64,000 nucleotides of DNA from Dongia sp. (GTDB lineage: Bacteria; Pseudomonadota; Alphaproteobacteria; Dongiales; Dongiaceae): contig NZ_JAYRQR010000034.1 in the NCBI RefSeq assembly GCF_041910485.1, positions 9,113 to 73,112 on the forward strand, read 5' to 3'. Each line of letters starts with the position of its first letter. The first letter of the stretch is position 1. Below are positions 51,534 to 60,407 of this stretch, piece by piece. The notes beneath the pieces are model-generated. The model made no database searches. It worked only from the letters and a program-made list of their open reading frames with translations, and was not told the DNA's origin. Both the position numbers and the translations under genes were made by a program.

Positions 51534-51788
51534 GCTTCCTTCATGCCACCAGTAACACGCGGGTCCCTTGCCTGTGCGGTCGATGACGAATGGAAATTGG
51601 CTGGCGTTGGGAGCATTGAAGAGTTTGTGCGCATTGCTGGATGCAAGGGATAAACAGGAGGCAGTTACCACGTCAGTGTGCTGCGCGCTGCCAGAAATGG
51701 TTGATTATCTTGTTTCAACTGTAGTTCACTGCAGCAGCAGCGGCGAGCGGGGGGCGTCTGTGCTGTGGCCGACAAGTGGAGTGATTCT

Positions 51789-52199
51789 ATGGACGATTGG
51801 ACGATGAGCGATGAACGAGAGTTTATGGAGAACTTGCTGAACGAGCGATTTAACTTCTATCTCGTCGTTTATGGCGCAGTCGTCGTGAGTGCAGGTACAG
51901 TGGAGTCTTGGTTCGCAAAGATGATAATTCTTATCGTAGGCGCAATACTACTGGCGCTACTCCTACTCACCATTGGTCGTGCACAGGTGAAGTTGGACTA
52001 TATTATTGGAGAACTGTGCGCAACAAAGACAGCTGTGCGGCTGGGACACTGCCATCCGGTTGCCGTGATCGACGAGAGGGCGAGACACTCAAAGACCTTC
52101 CCTCGGGGTAGGAGGCGGCTGGTTGGATTCTATATTCCTGCCTTCTGCTTTGTAACAGTCTATTTGGCCGCAGCATTCGCCTCCTGCTTTGTGATTTGA
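51789..52199 (+). CDS. hypothetical three-TM membrane protein (low-GC islet)
   Basis: ATG at 51789 with GGAG 7 nt upstream; 136 aa. TM spans FYLVVYGAVVVSAG, MIILIVGAILLALLLLTI and YIPAFCFVTVYLAAAFASCFVI. Confidence 0.45.
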   Translation: MDDWTMSDEREFMENLLNERFNFYLVVYGAVVVSAGTVESWFAKMIILIVGAILLALLLLTIGRAQVKLDYIIGELCATKTAVRLGHCHPVAVIDERARHSKTFPRGRRRLVGFYIPAFCFVTVYLAAAFASCFVI

Positions 52200-52398
52200 A
52201 CTCGCGCAGGAGATATTCAATACAGATGCCTGTGTCTTGGCGGTTTAGGAAGTTAATGTCTCGCCTTGTGCTGGCTTCGCTTGGCGTTGCAATTCTTCTC
52301 TATTTTGTTGTGTGGTTGGCTGCTGGCGTCTAACGTCAAATGTCGGTCCATGAAACCGCGTGCCGGTGCGCCGAAAACAATCGTATAGAGCAAAAAAA

Positions 52399-52422
52399 CG
52401 CCCCGGTCTTTCGGCCGGGGCG
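52399..52422 (-). terminator. bidirectional intrinsic terminator (strong on the minus strand after the DMGDH-like gene)
   Basis: cgccccgg (52399-52406) pairs with ccggggcg (52415-52422). The minus strand is followed by TTTTTTT and the plus strand by tttcgttt. Confidence 0.8.
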
Positions 52423-52451
52423 TTTCGTTTGGTCTCCGCTGAATCCCTCGC

Positions 52452-55013
52452 TCAGGTGCGCGGCTTCAGGTTCTCTGGGTCGTAGAGGGGCTTGTAGCCG
52501 ACACCGGCGACTTCGACCGGATACTGCTCGCCGAAATACTCGACGATGAGTTTGCGGCCCACCTGGCAGTAGGACCAGGGGAGGTAGGCGAGAGCGATGT
52601 TCTTGCCGATGGTGGGACCGTAAGCGACCGAGGTGGTGAAGGAGTGGCGGCCGAGGCTGTCGACCAACGTTTCCTTCGTCTCGGGGTCCATCACCGGCAT
52701 GATGCCGACCGGGTAACGGGCCACACCCTTGCTGTCCTTGTTGTCGGTCATCACCAGCGTGCAGAGCATCGCGACCTGGTTCGGCAGCGCGCGGTGGCGG
52801 ATGTTCGCCGCCTTGCCGCGGAAGTCGGATTCCTTGACCTTCGGTCGCTGCAGATCGCTCTCGATGAGGTTGTACTCAGTGAGGAGATCCGCGTTCTGCA
52901 GCCGGAGGCTCTTTTCCATGCGGCGGCTGTTGGCGTAGGTCTCGACGCCGAAAGCCATGACACCGGTCGAGCGCAGGGCATCCCAGACGGCGAGGCCGTC
53001 CTCGTACTTCATGTGCAGTTCCCAGCCCTGTTCGCCGACATAGGAGATGCGGAAGGCGGTGACGGGCTTGCCGCCGATCTTGATCTGCTTGATGGCGGCG
53101 AAGGGGAAGGCGGCGGGTTCGAGACCGGCCGGATCCTCGACGACCTTCTGTAGCGTCGTGCGGGCATTGGGACCCCAGATGCCGATGGTCACGTACTGCG
53201 CCGCGACGTCGGTCACCTTGACGTTCATCCCCTTGTCCTCGGCCATGCGGCGGACATAGTGAAAGTCGCGGGGGCCGGCATCGGCGCCGTCGATGACGCG
53301 GATGCGGTCGGCCATGCGGATGACGGTCAAGTCGGCGCGCACCATGCCCTCGTCATCGAGGAAGTGGGTGTAGATGCCCTTGCCGATATTGGCATCGCCA
53401 CCGATCTTGGCGGCGCAGATCCATTCCATCAGTTCCACATGGTCCGGACCTTCGACGTCGAACATGTAGAAGTGGGAGAGGTTGACGATGCCGCAATCCT
53501 CGCTCATGGCGAGATGTTCGGCGTTCGAGACGCGCCAGAAATGGCGATTGTCCCACTCGTCGGCGCGCACCGGCACGCGGTCGCCGTACTTTTCCAGGAG
53601 ATGCTCGTTGGCCTTGTAGCCATGCGCGCGTTCCCAGCCGCCGAGTTCCATGAAATAGCCGCCGAGTTCGACTTCGCGCGCGTAGAAGGGCGAGCGCTTG
53701 ACGTTGCGGCCGGTGTCATAGGGTTCGCGCGGATGGACCGCCGGGTTGTAGATCTTGCGCGCCGCTTCGCCGCAACGGCCTTCGATGAATTTCTCTTCCA
53801 GCATGTGCGGATAGAAGCGCGAGAAGTCGATGCGGTTATGGTCGATCGCGGTGCGGCCGTCGGTCATCCAATCGGCCACCAGCTTGCCCATGCCGGGCGC
53901 GTCCTTGACCCAGATGCCGACGGCATACCACAGGCCGCGCGCCTTCTGGCTTTCGCCGATCGAGGGGCCGCCATCGGTCGTGACCTGCAGCAGGCCATTG
54001 AACGAGCGCTTTTCCTCATAGCCGAGGTCGGCGAGGATCGGCGTCAGCTCGATGGCGCGCTCCAGCGGCTCGAGGATCTGGTCCATGTCGAGATCGCGCT
54101 GCGAGGGCGACAGACGGGCCTGTTCCTTTTCGAGGAGATCGCGCGGGTGGACGAGGCGCGGGTTCTTTTCCTCGTAATAGCCCCATTCGATCATGCCGCC
54201 TTCCGAGGTCTTCGGATCGCCGGTATCGCGCATATAGGCGGAGTTGCCCTGGTCGCGCAGCAGCGGCCAGCCGATTTCCTTGCCGGTGCCCTTGAATTCG
54301 TCATAGGGGCCGAAGAAGCACAGCGGATGGTCGACCGGCATGACGGGAAGATCTTCGCCCGCCATCTCGGCGATGAGACGGCCCCAGAGGCCGGCGCAGA
54401 CGACGACATAGTCGGCCATGATCGTGCCGCGCTCGGTCACGACGCCCTTGATGCGGCCGTTTTCGATCACCAGCGACTTCGCCGGCGTGTTGGTGAAGAT
54501 CTTGAGCTTACCCGAGGCTTCGGCCTGGTTGACGAGCTTGCCGGCAACGGTCTGCGAGCGCGGGATGACGAGGCCGGCATCCGGGTCCCAGAGGCCGCCC
54601 TGGACCTTGTCTTCCTCGATGAGCGGGAACTTCTTCTTGATCTCGGCTGGGCCGACGAGGCGCGCGCGGGTCCCGAACGCCTTGGCGGAGGCGACCTTGC
54701 GCTTGATCTCGTTCATGCGGCCTTCGTCGCCAACGCGCGCGATTTCAAGACCGCCGATGCGCTCGTAATGGCCGAGCTTGCTGTAGAAATCGACCGAGTA
54801 GATCGAGGTCCAGCAGGACAGGTAATCGTGGCTGGTCATATAGCAGAAGTCGGACGCGTGCGCGGTCGACCCGATGTCGGTGGGGACACCGGACTTGTCG
54901 ATGCCGACGATATCGTCCCAGCCGCGTTCGATCAGGTGATGGGCGACGGACGCGCCCACGATGCCGCCCAAGCCGACGATGACGACCCTGGCCTTTGCCG
55001 GAAACTCTGCCAT
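52452..55013 (-). CDS. dimethylglycine/sarcosine dehydrogenase-family flavoenzyme with a GcvT-like folate-binding C-terminus
   Basis: 853 aa from the ATG at 55013, with GGAG upstream. VVIVGLGGIVGASVAHHL is an FAD fold, and the C-terminal aminomethyltransferase-like domain ends ...YKPLYDPENLKPR. Confidence 0.85.
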   Translation of the reverse strand: MAEFPAKARVVIVGLGGIVGASVAHHLIERGWDDIVGIDKSGVPTDIGSTAHASDFCYMTSHDYLSCWTSIYSVDFYSKLGHYERIGGLEIARVGDEGRMNEIKRKVASAKAFGTRARLVGPAEIKKKFPLIEEDKVQGGLWDPDAGLVIPRSQTVAGKLVNQAEASGKLKIFTNTPAKSLVIENGRIKGVVTERGTIMADYVVVCAGLWGRLIAEMAGEDLPVMPVDHPLCFFGPYDEFKGTGKEIGWPLLRDQGNSAYMRDTGDPKTSEGGMIEWGYYEEKNPRLVHPRDLLEKEQARLSPSQRDLDMDQILEPLERAIELTPILADLGYEEKRSFNGLLQVTTDGGPSIGESQKARGLWYAVGIWVKDAPGMGKLVADWMTDGRTAIDHNRIDFSRFYPHMLEEKFIEGRCGEAARKIYNPAVHPREPYDTGRNVKRSPFYAREVELGGYFMELGGWERAHGYKANEHLLEKYGDRVPVRADEWDNRHFWRVSNAEHLAMSEDCGIVNLSHFYMFDVEGPDHVELMEWICAAKIGGDANIGKGIYTHFLDDEGMVRADLTVIRMADRIRVIDGADAGPRDFHYVRRMAEDKGMNVKVTDVAAQYVTIGIWGPNARTTLQKVVEDPAGLEPAAFPFAAIKQIKIGGKPVTAFRISYVGEQGWELHMKYEDGLAVWDALRSTGVMAFGVETYANSRRMEKSLRLQNADLLTEYNLIESDLQRPKVKESDFRGKAANIRHRALPNQVAMLCTLVMTDNKDSKGVARYPVGIMPVMDPETKETLVDSLGRHSFTTSVAYGPTIGKNIALAYLPWSYCQVGRKLIVEYFGEQYPVEVAGVGYKPLYDPENLKPRT

Positions 55014-55333
55014 TTCCCGAGACTCCAATGTGGTAATTCCGGCCGACTATATGGCGGCGGCCGGGCGATTGCTGCCTGTTTGCGACATTAGCAAAATGGG
55101 GCGCGACAAGGGCTGGGCTAATTTGGCCTAAGCGGCGGTTTTCCTGTCGGAAATCGGGGCGGGTGCGGCAATCCGACCCCAGGCGGGGGGCGGGTTCGGC
55201 CCCATGACGCAAATAGGACAAGTTGCGCGCCTTTGCCCCAGAATCCAGATTTATCAAGCTTTTCCGGAATGGCGCGTTTGGCGCGTTCTGGAAAGCGTCT
55301 GTCGCGCATCCGCTAGAGCAAGAGGGCGTCCGG

Positions 55334-55350
55334 TGACGATATGATCGTCA
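55334..55350. promoter_or_regulatory. 17-bp palindrome TGACGAT-ATG-ATCGTCA upstream of the MttB-family gene
   Basis: Perfect 7-bp arms, 48 nt upstream of the ATG at 55398. Confidence 0.35.
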
Positions 55351-55397
55351 AATAATCATCACCCTATTAGTTTGATTCACGGGAAAGGCCCTCAAAC

Positions 55398-56957
55398 ATG
55401 TCCACAGCGGAACAGACAGCGGAAGCCGGTGGCCGTCGCGCGCGCGGCGGTGCCGATGCGCGCCGGGCGCAGCGCCAGAAGCCCAAGCTGGTGCAGAACC
55501 CCTATATCGTCCGCAAGATCCCGCTGGTGACGGTGCTGGACGAGGAAGGCCTTGCTTTGATGGAGCGGAACGCCGACACGATCCTGCAGGAAGTCGGTAT
55601 CGAATTCCGCGACGAGCCGGAGGCGCTTGAGCTCTGGAAAAAGGCCGGTGCCGATGTGAAGGGCACCCGCATCAAATTCCCGCGCGGCCTCTGCCGCTCG
55701 ATCGTCCAGAAGTCGGCGCCCAGCCAGTATATCCAGTACGCCCGCAACCCTGAGCGCAATGTGCAGATCGGCGGCAACGCCACGGTCTTCGCGCCGGTCT
55801 ATGGCCCGCCCTTCGTGCGCGACCTCGACCAGGGCCGCCGTTATGCGACCATCGCCGACTTCCAGAATTTCGTGAAGCTCGCCTACATGTCGCCCTCGAT
55901 CCATCATTCGGGCGGCACGGTGTGCGAGCCGGTCGATCTGCCGGTCAACAAGCGGCACCTCGACATGGTCTACAGCCACATCAAATATTCGGACAAGCCG
56001 TTCATGGGCTCGGTCACGGCGCCGGAACGCGCCGAAGACACGGTCGAGATGGCGAAGATCCTGTTCGGCGCCGATTTCGTCGCCAAGAACACGGTGCTGA
56101 CCAGCCTCATCAACGCCAACTCGCCGATGGTGTGGGACGGCACGATGCTGGGCGCCATGAAGGTTTACGCCCGCAACAACCAGGCCTGCATCACCACGCC
56201 GTTCATCCTGGCGGGTGCCATGAGCCCGGTGACGGCCGCCGGCACCATCGCCCAGGTTCTGGCCGAGGTTCTGGCCGGTGCCGCGACGGCGCAGCTCTAC
56301 AACCCGGGCGCCCCGGTGATCTTCGGCGTGTTCGCGTCCTCGATCTCGATGCAGTCCGGTGCGCCGACCTTCGGCACGCCGGAGCCGACGCTGGTCTCAC
56401 TCGCCTGCGCACAGCTTGCCCGTCGCCTGGGCTTGCCGTTCCGTACCGGCGGCTCGCTGTGCGGTTCCAAGATCGCCGATGCGCAGGCCGCCTATGAAAG
56501 CGCCCAGACCTTGCTGCCGACCCTCCAGGCCGGCACCAACTTCGTGCTGCATGGCGCGGGCTGGCTCGAAGGTGGCCTCTCGGCAGGTTACGAGAAGTTC
56601 ATCATGGACGCCGATCAGCTCGGCATGATGCAGACGCTCGCCAAGGGCATCGATCTCTCGGAGAACGGCCAGGCGCTCGACGCCATCCGCGAAGTGGGTC
56701 CGGGCAGCCATTTCCTCGGCTGCGCCCATACCCAGGCCAATTTCGAGACGGCCTTCTATCGCTCCAACATCGCCGACAACAATTCGTTCGAGCAGTGGGA
56801 AGCCGAAGGCGCCCAGGACGCGGCCCAGCGCGCCAACAAGATCTTCAAGCGCATGCTGGCCGATTACGAAGCCCCGGCGCTCGACCCGGCCATCGACGAG
56901 GCGCTGAAGGAATTCATCGCCAAGAAGAAGGCGGCGGTTCCGGACAGCAACGTCTGA
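55398..56957 (+). CDS. trimethylamine-methyltransferase (MttB) superfamily protein, non-pyrrolysine type
   Basis: 519 aa in a continuous ORF with no in-frame UAG. The family was recognised from overall sequence character (e.g. ...NSPMVWDG..., ...GAGWLEGGL...). Confidence 0.75.
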   Translation: MSTAEQTAEAGGRRARGGADARRAQRQKPKLVQNPYIVRKIPLVTVLDEEGLALMERNADTILQEVGIEFRDEPEALELWKKAGADVKGTRIKFPRGLCRSIVQKSAPSQYIQYARNPERNVQIGGNATVFAPVYGPPFVRDLDQGRRYATIADFQNFVKLAYMSPSIHHSGGTVCEPVDLPVNKRHLDMVYSHIKYSDKPFMGSVTAPERAEDTVEMAKILFGADFVAKNTVLTSLINANSPMVWDGTMLGAMKVYARNNQACITTPFILAGAMSPVTAAGTIAQVLAEVLAGAATAQLYNPGAPVIFGVFASSISMQSGAPTFGTPEPTLVSLACAQLARRLGLPFRTGGSLCGSKIADAQAAYESAQTLLPTLQAGTNFVLHGAGWLEGGLSAGYEKFIMDADQLGMMQTLAKGIDLSENGQALDAIREVGPGSHFLGCAHTQANFETAFYRSNIADNNSFEQWEAEGAQDAAQRANKIFKRMLADYEAPALDPAIDEALKEFIAKKKAAVPDSNV

Positions 56958-56972
56958 GCCAAGGCAAGAAAA

Positions 56973-57003
56973 GGGGCGTCCCGCGAGGGGCGCCCTTTTT
57001 TTT
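56973..57003 (+). terminator. intrinsic terminator after the MttB-family gene
   Basis: Stem GGGGCGUCCC / GGGGCGCCCU with a GCGA tetraloop, followed by eight T residues. Confidence 0.85.
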
Positions 57004-57030
57004 GTTTGTGGCGGCAGCGGATGTGGCGGC

Positions 57031-57471
57031 TCACTTCTCGATATAATGGCCGTAGACCAGGACGTGCGTCGGTGACTTGCCGTTGGCGGAGAGAGGGAGG
57101 AACAGCGTCTCCAGTTCGACATGGCGGTCGTCGGGAATGATATCGACCGAGAAATCGACAATGCCGCACGGATGCGCGATGGCCAGATCGTAATTCTCGA
57201 GGACGAAAGCCAAGGCATCGCCGGCATAGATGTCGCGGACCGATTTGCCGGTCGGGTTGTAGCCGCGCATCTCGGCGGCGCGGCGGCCGACGCGCAGATA
57301 GCGGTAATCGTGCGTCTCAGGAAGGATCTCGGTGACGAGAAGGCTCTCCGCCAGATCGGCGACGGCGGTGCCGCCATCCCATGTCGCGAGGCTTGGCGCG
57401 ATACCCTCGGCGCCGCGGAGGGCGAACCAGGCATCGTAGATTCGCCGCGTGGCGTTGCTGGCGCGTGCCAT
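57031..57471 (-). CDS. small PAS-fold protein (PAS_5-like), paralog 2
   Basis: Trimmed to the ATG at 57471; 57510 is an alternative. YRYLRVGRRAAEMRG and LFLPLSANGKSPTHVL parallel the other two paralogs. Confidence 0.6.
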   Translation of the reverse strand: MARASNATRRIYDAWFALRGAEGIAPSLATWDGGTAVADLAESLLVTEILPETHDYRYLRVGRRAAEMRGYNPTGKSVRDIYAGDALAFVLENYDLAIAHPCGIVDFSVDIIPDDRHVELETLFLPLSANGKSPTHVLVYGHYIEK

Positions 57472-57647
57472 GGCAAGCTCGCACGGGATTTTGTCGCTCG
57501 GCCCCAGCATGGTGCCGCCCGGCCCGATGATCGTGCGACCGCGCCCAGTCACTGATCCTTGCCCAGTCACTGTCCCTCGCCCTGTTGCCACCGAAAAACG
57601 CTAGCAACTAAAGCGGTCAGCGTCCAGCAGCGAGGGAAGGCGGTGCC

Positions 57648-58175
57648 TCAGAGCGCGCGCGCACGCGGCGGTTCGATCATGGTGAAATCGTCGACGCCGA
57701 GGCAATGTGTCACCATTTCGCCATCTTCCGAGATCGGAAAGCGGGCGAATTCGAAGACATGATCCTTGCGCCCCTGCCATTCGATCAGCGACAGGCCGAA
57801 ATTGGGCACTTTGTCGTAGTGAATGCGGCGATAGGTATCCATCGTGTCGATGATGTCCTGCGGCGGCCAGATCGTGATCTCGTCGACCCATTTCCCGCGC
57901 ATTTCGGCGCCGTAGAAACGCACCACCTCGCTACCGGCCAGGCGGTATTGGACGCGGAACGGCGCTGGCTGGAAAATGGTGAGGGACAGATAGGGCAGTA
58001 CCTTGCCGAGCTGCAGCGGATCGATGTCGGCCCGCGTCGGATAGGTGCGGCCGAAGCATTTCTGCTGCCAGTAATCCTGGACGATGCCGATCAGTTCCGA
58101 GCGGCCGGTGGGAGCGGGGAGGTAGAGGACCTCGCCATCCCAGGTGGTCGGATCGTCGAGTTTGGGGTCGCTCAT
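57648..58175 (-). CDS. small PAS-fold protein (PAS_5-like), paralog 3
   Basis: 175 aa with FRVQYRLAGSEVVRFYG and ARFPISEDGEMVTH. Confidence 0.65.
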   Translation of the reverse strand: MSDPKLDDPTTWDGEVLYLPAPTGRSELIGIVQDYWQQKCFGRTYPTRADIDPLQLGKVLPYLSLTIFQPAPFRVQYRLAGSEVVRFYGAEMRGKWVDEITIWPPQDIIDTMDTYRRIHYDKVPNFGLSLIEWQGRKDHVFEFARFPISEDGEMVTHCLGVDDFTMIEPPRARAL

Positions 58176-58278
58176 ACTGGAATTTGGGCCACGCGGGTCG
58201 TCAGAAGGGTCTCGCGACCGACCCTAAAGTCTTTGGAATCATAAGACAATAGACCTAAATCTCCGGCTGTGCCTGGGG

Positions 58279-59046
58279 TCATGGCATGATCGCCCGGGCG
58301 ATGGCGAGGATGGCGATCAGCATCAGGAAGCCGAGCGCCACCCGCTGATAGGTGGCGGCCTTGGTCCGGTTGAAGAGGCGGTCGCCGATGAGATTGCCGA
58401 CCGCCATGACCGGGATCATGAGCAGCGCCAGCACCACGGTTTTGGGATCAACGAGACCCATCACCGATTGGGTGACGATGCTCCAGGCCGAGATGAAGAA
58501 GAAATAGACCAGCAGCGAGGCGCGGCCGATCGCGACACCTTCCGGCGAGGCGAGGAAGAAGAGAATGACCGGTGGCCCGCCCATCGCCGTTGCCCCGTTG
58601 AGGATGCCGGAGGCAAGGCCGATGCCGATTTGGGCGCCGGTCGGGGGGCGCTGTTTGAAGCGGTAGCCACGCCACAACGCCAGGACCGCGAGCAGCAGCA
58701 CGAGGCCGATCAGCGCCCGCATGATGTTGGCCGGGAGATAGGTAAGGGCCACCGTGCCGAAGGGTGCCCCCAAGGTGGCGCCGACGAGAAGCCGGCCGAT
58801 CGCATGCCAATTGGCGGTGCGCCACGCCCGGCGGAGCTGTTCGGCACCGGCCACCATCGCGACGATGGGAATGGCGGGAATGACGGCGGCGGGCTCGACG
58901 AAGAGGGTGATTACCGGCACGGCGGCCAGCGCGAAGCCGAAGCCGGTAAAGCCACGCAAGAGCCCGGCCATGAACACGGTTGCGAAGACGAGGATGGTCG
59001 GACCGGTGCCGAGATGTGGGGCAAGATCGCGCAGGTAATCGGGCAT
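58279..59046 (-). CDS. TauE/SafE-family anion exporter
   Basis: Trimmed to the ATG at 59046; 255 aa, multi-TM, with GFTGFGFALAAVP. Confidence 0.75.
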   Translation of the reverse strand: MPDYLRDLAPHLGTGPTILVFATVFMAGLLRGFTGFGFALAAVPVITLFVEPAAVIPAIPIVAMVAGAEQLRRAWRTANWHAIGRLLVGATLGAPFGTVALTYLPANIMRALIGLVLLLAVLALWRGYRFKQRPPTGAQIGIGLASGILNGATAMGGPPVILFFLASPEGVAIGRASLLVYFFFISAWSIVTQSVMGLVDPKTVVLALLMIPVMAVGNLIGDRLFNRTKAATYQRVALGFLMLIAILAIARAIMP

Positions 59047-59060
59047 GGAGCTGGTGCGCG

Positions 59061-59627
59061 TCAGCCCTGGTCGGCGGGTTCGATCATATGCCGCTTCATC
59101 AGCGGCATCTGGCTGAGAGTAAAGAGGATGGTGAGGCCGAATATGCCGAACACCTTGAAGTCGATCCAGAGATCCTCTGAGACGTTGCGCCAGACGATCT
59201 CGTTCAAGACGGCCATGAAGGTGAAGAAGAGGGCGAACCGCAGGGTGAGTTGCCGCCAGCCTGTATCGGTCAGCTTGAGCGCGTCGCTCATGACATATTG
59301 CAGGGTCGGGCGCTTGAACAGCAGGCCGCCGAAGAGGATGAGTGCGAAGATTCCTTGAACGATGGTGGGCTTCATCTTGATGAAGGTCTTGTCCTGGAGC
59401 CACAGGGTCAGGCCGCCGAAGATGACGACCACCACGGCCGTGATCAGCGGCATCAAGGCAACGCGCCGCGTGGCGGCATAGCCGATGCCGAGAGCCAGGA
59501 CCGTTGCGATGATCAGGGCCAATGTGGCGCTCATCAGCCCGGCCATCTTGTAGGCAACAAAGAAGACGATCAGTGGACCGAAATCCACAATAAATTTCAG
59601 TGGTTTATTGGCGGCGTGATCACTCAT
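59061..59627 (-). CDS. yciB: inner-membrane protein YciB (septation protein A)
   Basis: Trimmed to the ATG at 59627. Sequence MSDHAANKPLKFIVDFGPLIVFFVAYK... with five TM spans. Confidence 0.8.
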   Translation of the reverse strand: MSDHAANKPLKFIVDFGPLIVFFVAYKMAGLMSATLALIIATVLALGIGYAATRRVALMPLITAVVVVIFGGLTLWLQDKTFIKMKPTIVQGIFALILFGGLLFKRPTLQYVMSDALKLTDTGWRQLTLRFALFFTFMAVLNEIVWRNVSEDLWIDFKVFGIFGLTILFTLSQMPLMKRHMIEPADQG

Positions 59628-59744
59628 GGGCAGGGCTCGGGCGCTATTGTTTTGGTGCGTCGCGGCATGGTATGCGAGGGCGATCCATCTGCCTAGCCCC
59701 GGGCAATATTCACCCCGGGCAATCGCAGCCAGCCGAGCGAGCGC

Positions 59745-60404
59745 ATGAGCCAAAAGACCCACGCCGAGATCTTCCAGCGCAACCGGAAATGGGCGGAACG
59801 CCAAGTTGCCGCCGATCCCGACTATTTCAACCGCCTGGCCGAGCAGCAGGCGCCGAGATATTTCTGGATCGGCTGTTCCGATGCGCGTGTGCCGGCGAAC
59901 CAGATTCTCGACCTGCCGCCGGGCGAGATCTTCGTTCACCGCAACATTGCCAACCTCGTCTACCACATCGACACCAATTGCCTCTCTGTTCTGGAGTTCG
60001 CAGTCAACGTGCTGAAGGTCGAGCACATCATCGTCTGCGGCCATTACGGCTGCGGCGGCGTGCGCGCGGCGATGGGCAATACGGAACTGGGCCTCATCGA
60101 CAATTGGCTGAGGCAGATCAAGGACATCTACGCCGCCAATGCGGACCTTCTTGAAACCGAGAAGAACATCGAAAAGCGGCTCAACATGCTGTGCGAGATG
60201 AACGTGCGGCAGCAGGTGCGCAACATCTGCCACACGACGATTGTGCAGAATGCATGGAAATCCGGCCAGCCTTTGAGCGTGCATGGCTGGGCCTATTCGG
60301 TCCGCGACGGTCGCCTGCGCGATCTCGATTTCTGGGCCGACGGCGTCCATGACCTCGATCCCATCTATCAGATGCTCTCGTTCGAAGAGACGCCGAGCTT
60401 CTGA
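59745..60404 (+). CDS. can: beta-class carbonic anhydrase
   Basis: 219 aa with WIGCSDARVP and VCGHYGCGGV. Confidence 0.9.
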   Translation: MSQKTHAEIFQRNRKWAERQVAADPDYFNRLAEQQAPRYFWIGCSDARVPANQILDLPPGEIFVHRNIANLVYHIDTNCLSVLEFAVNVLKVEHIIVCGHYGCGGVRAAMGNTELGLIDNWLRQIKDIYAANADLLETEKNIEKRLNMLCEMNVRQQVRNICHTTIVQNAWKSGQPLSVHGWAYSVRDGRLRDLDFWADGVHDLDPIYQMLSFEETPSF

Positions 60405-60407
60405 CGA

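Noticed and set aside
51568-51807. A 79-aa plus-strand ORF and a 116-aa minus-strand ORF (51296..51646) in the islet's central gap.
   Set aside because: Both read through the REP half-module, lack ribosome-binding sites and have implausible composition.
53259-55091. A 610-aa plus-strand ORF.
   Set aside because: It is antisense to the DMGDH-like gene and shows the same low-complexity composition.
57543-57572. A direct repeat gcccagtcactg x2 between the tandem PAS_5 genes.
   Set aside because: There are only two short copies. The repeat lies inside the rejected N-terminal extension of ORF 57031..57591 and is too little evidence on its own for a regulatory or repeat-element call. It is mentioned under the PAS finding only.
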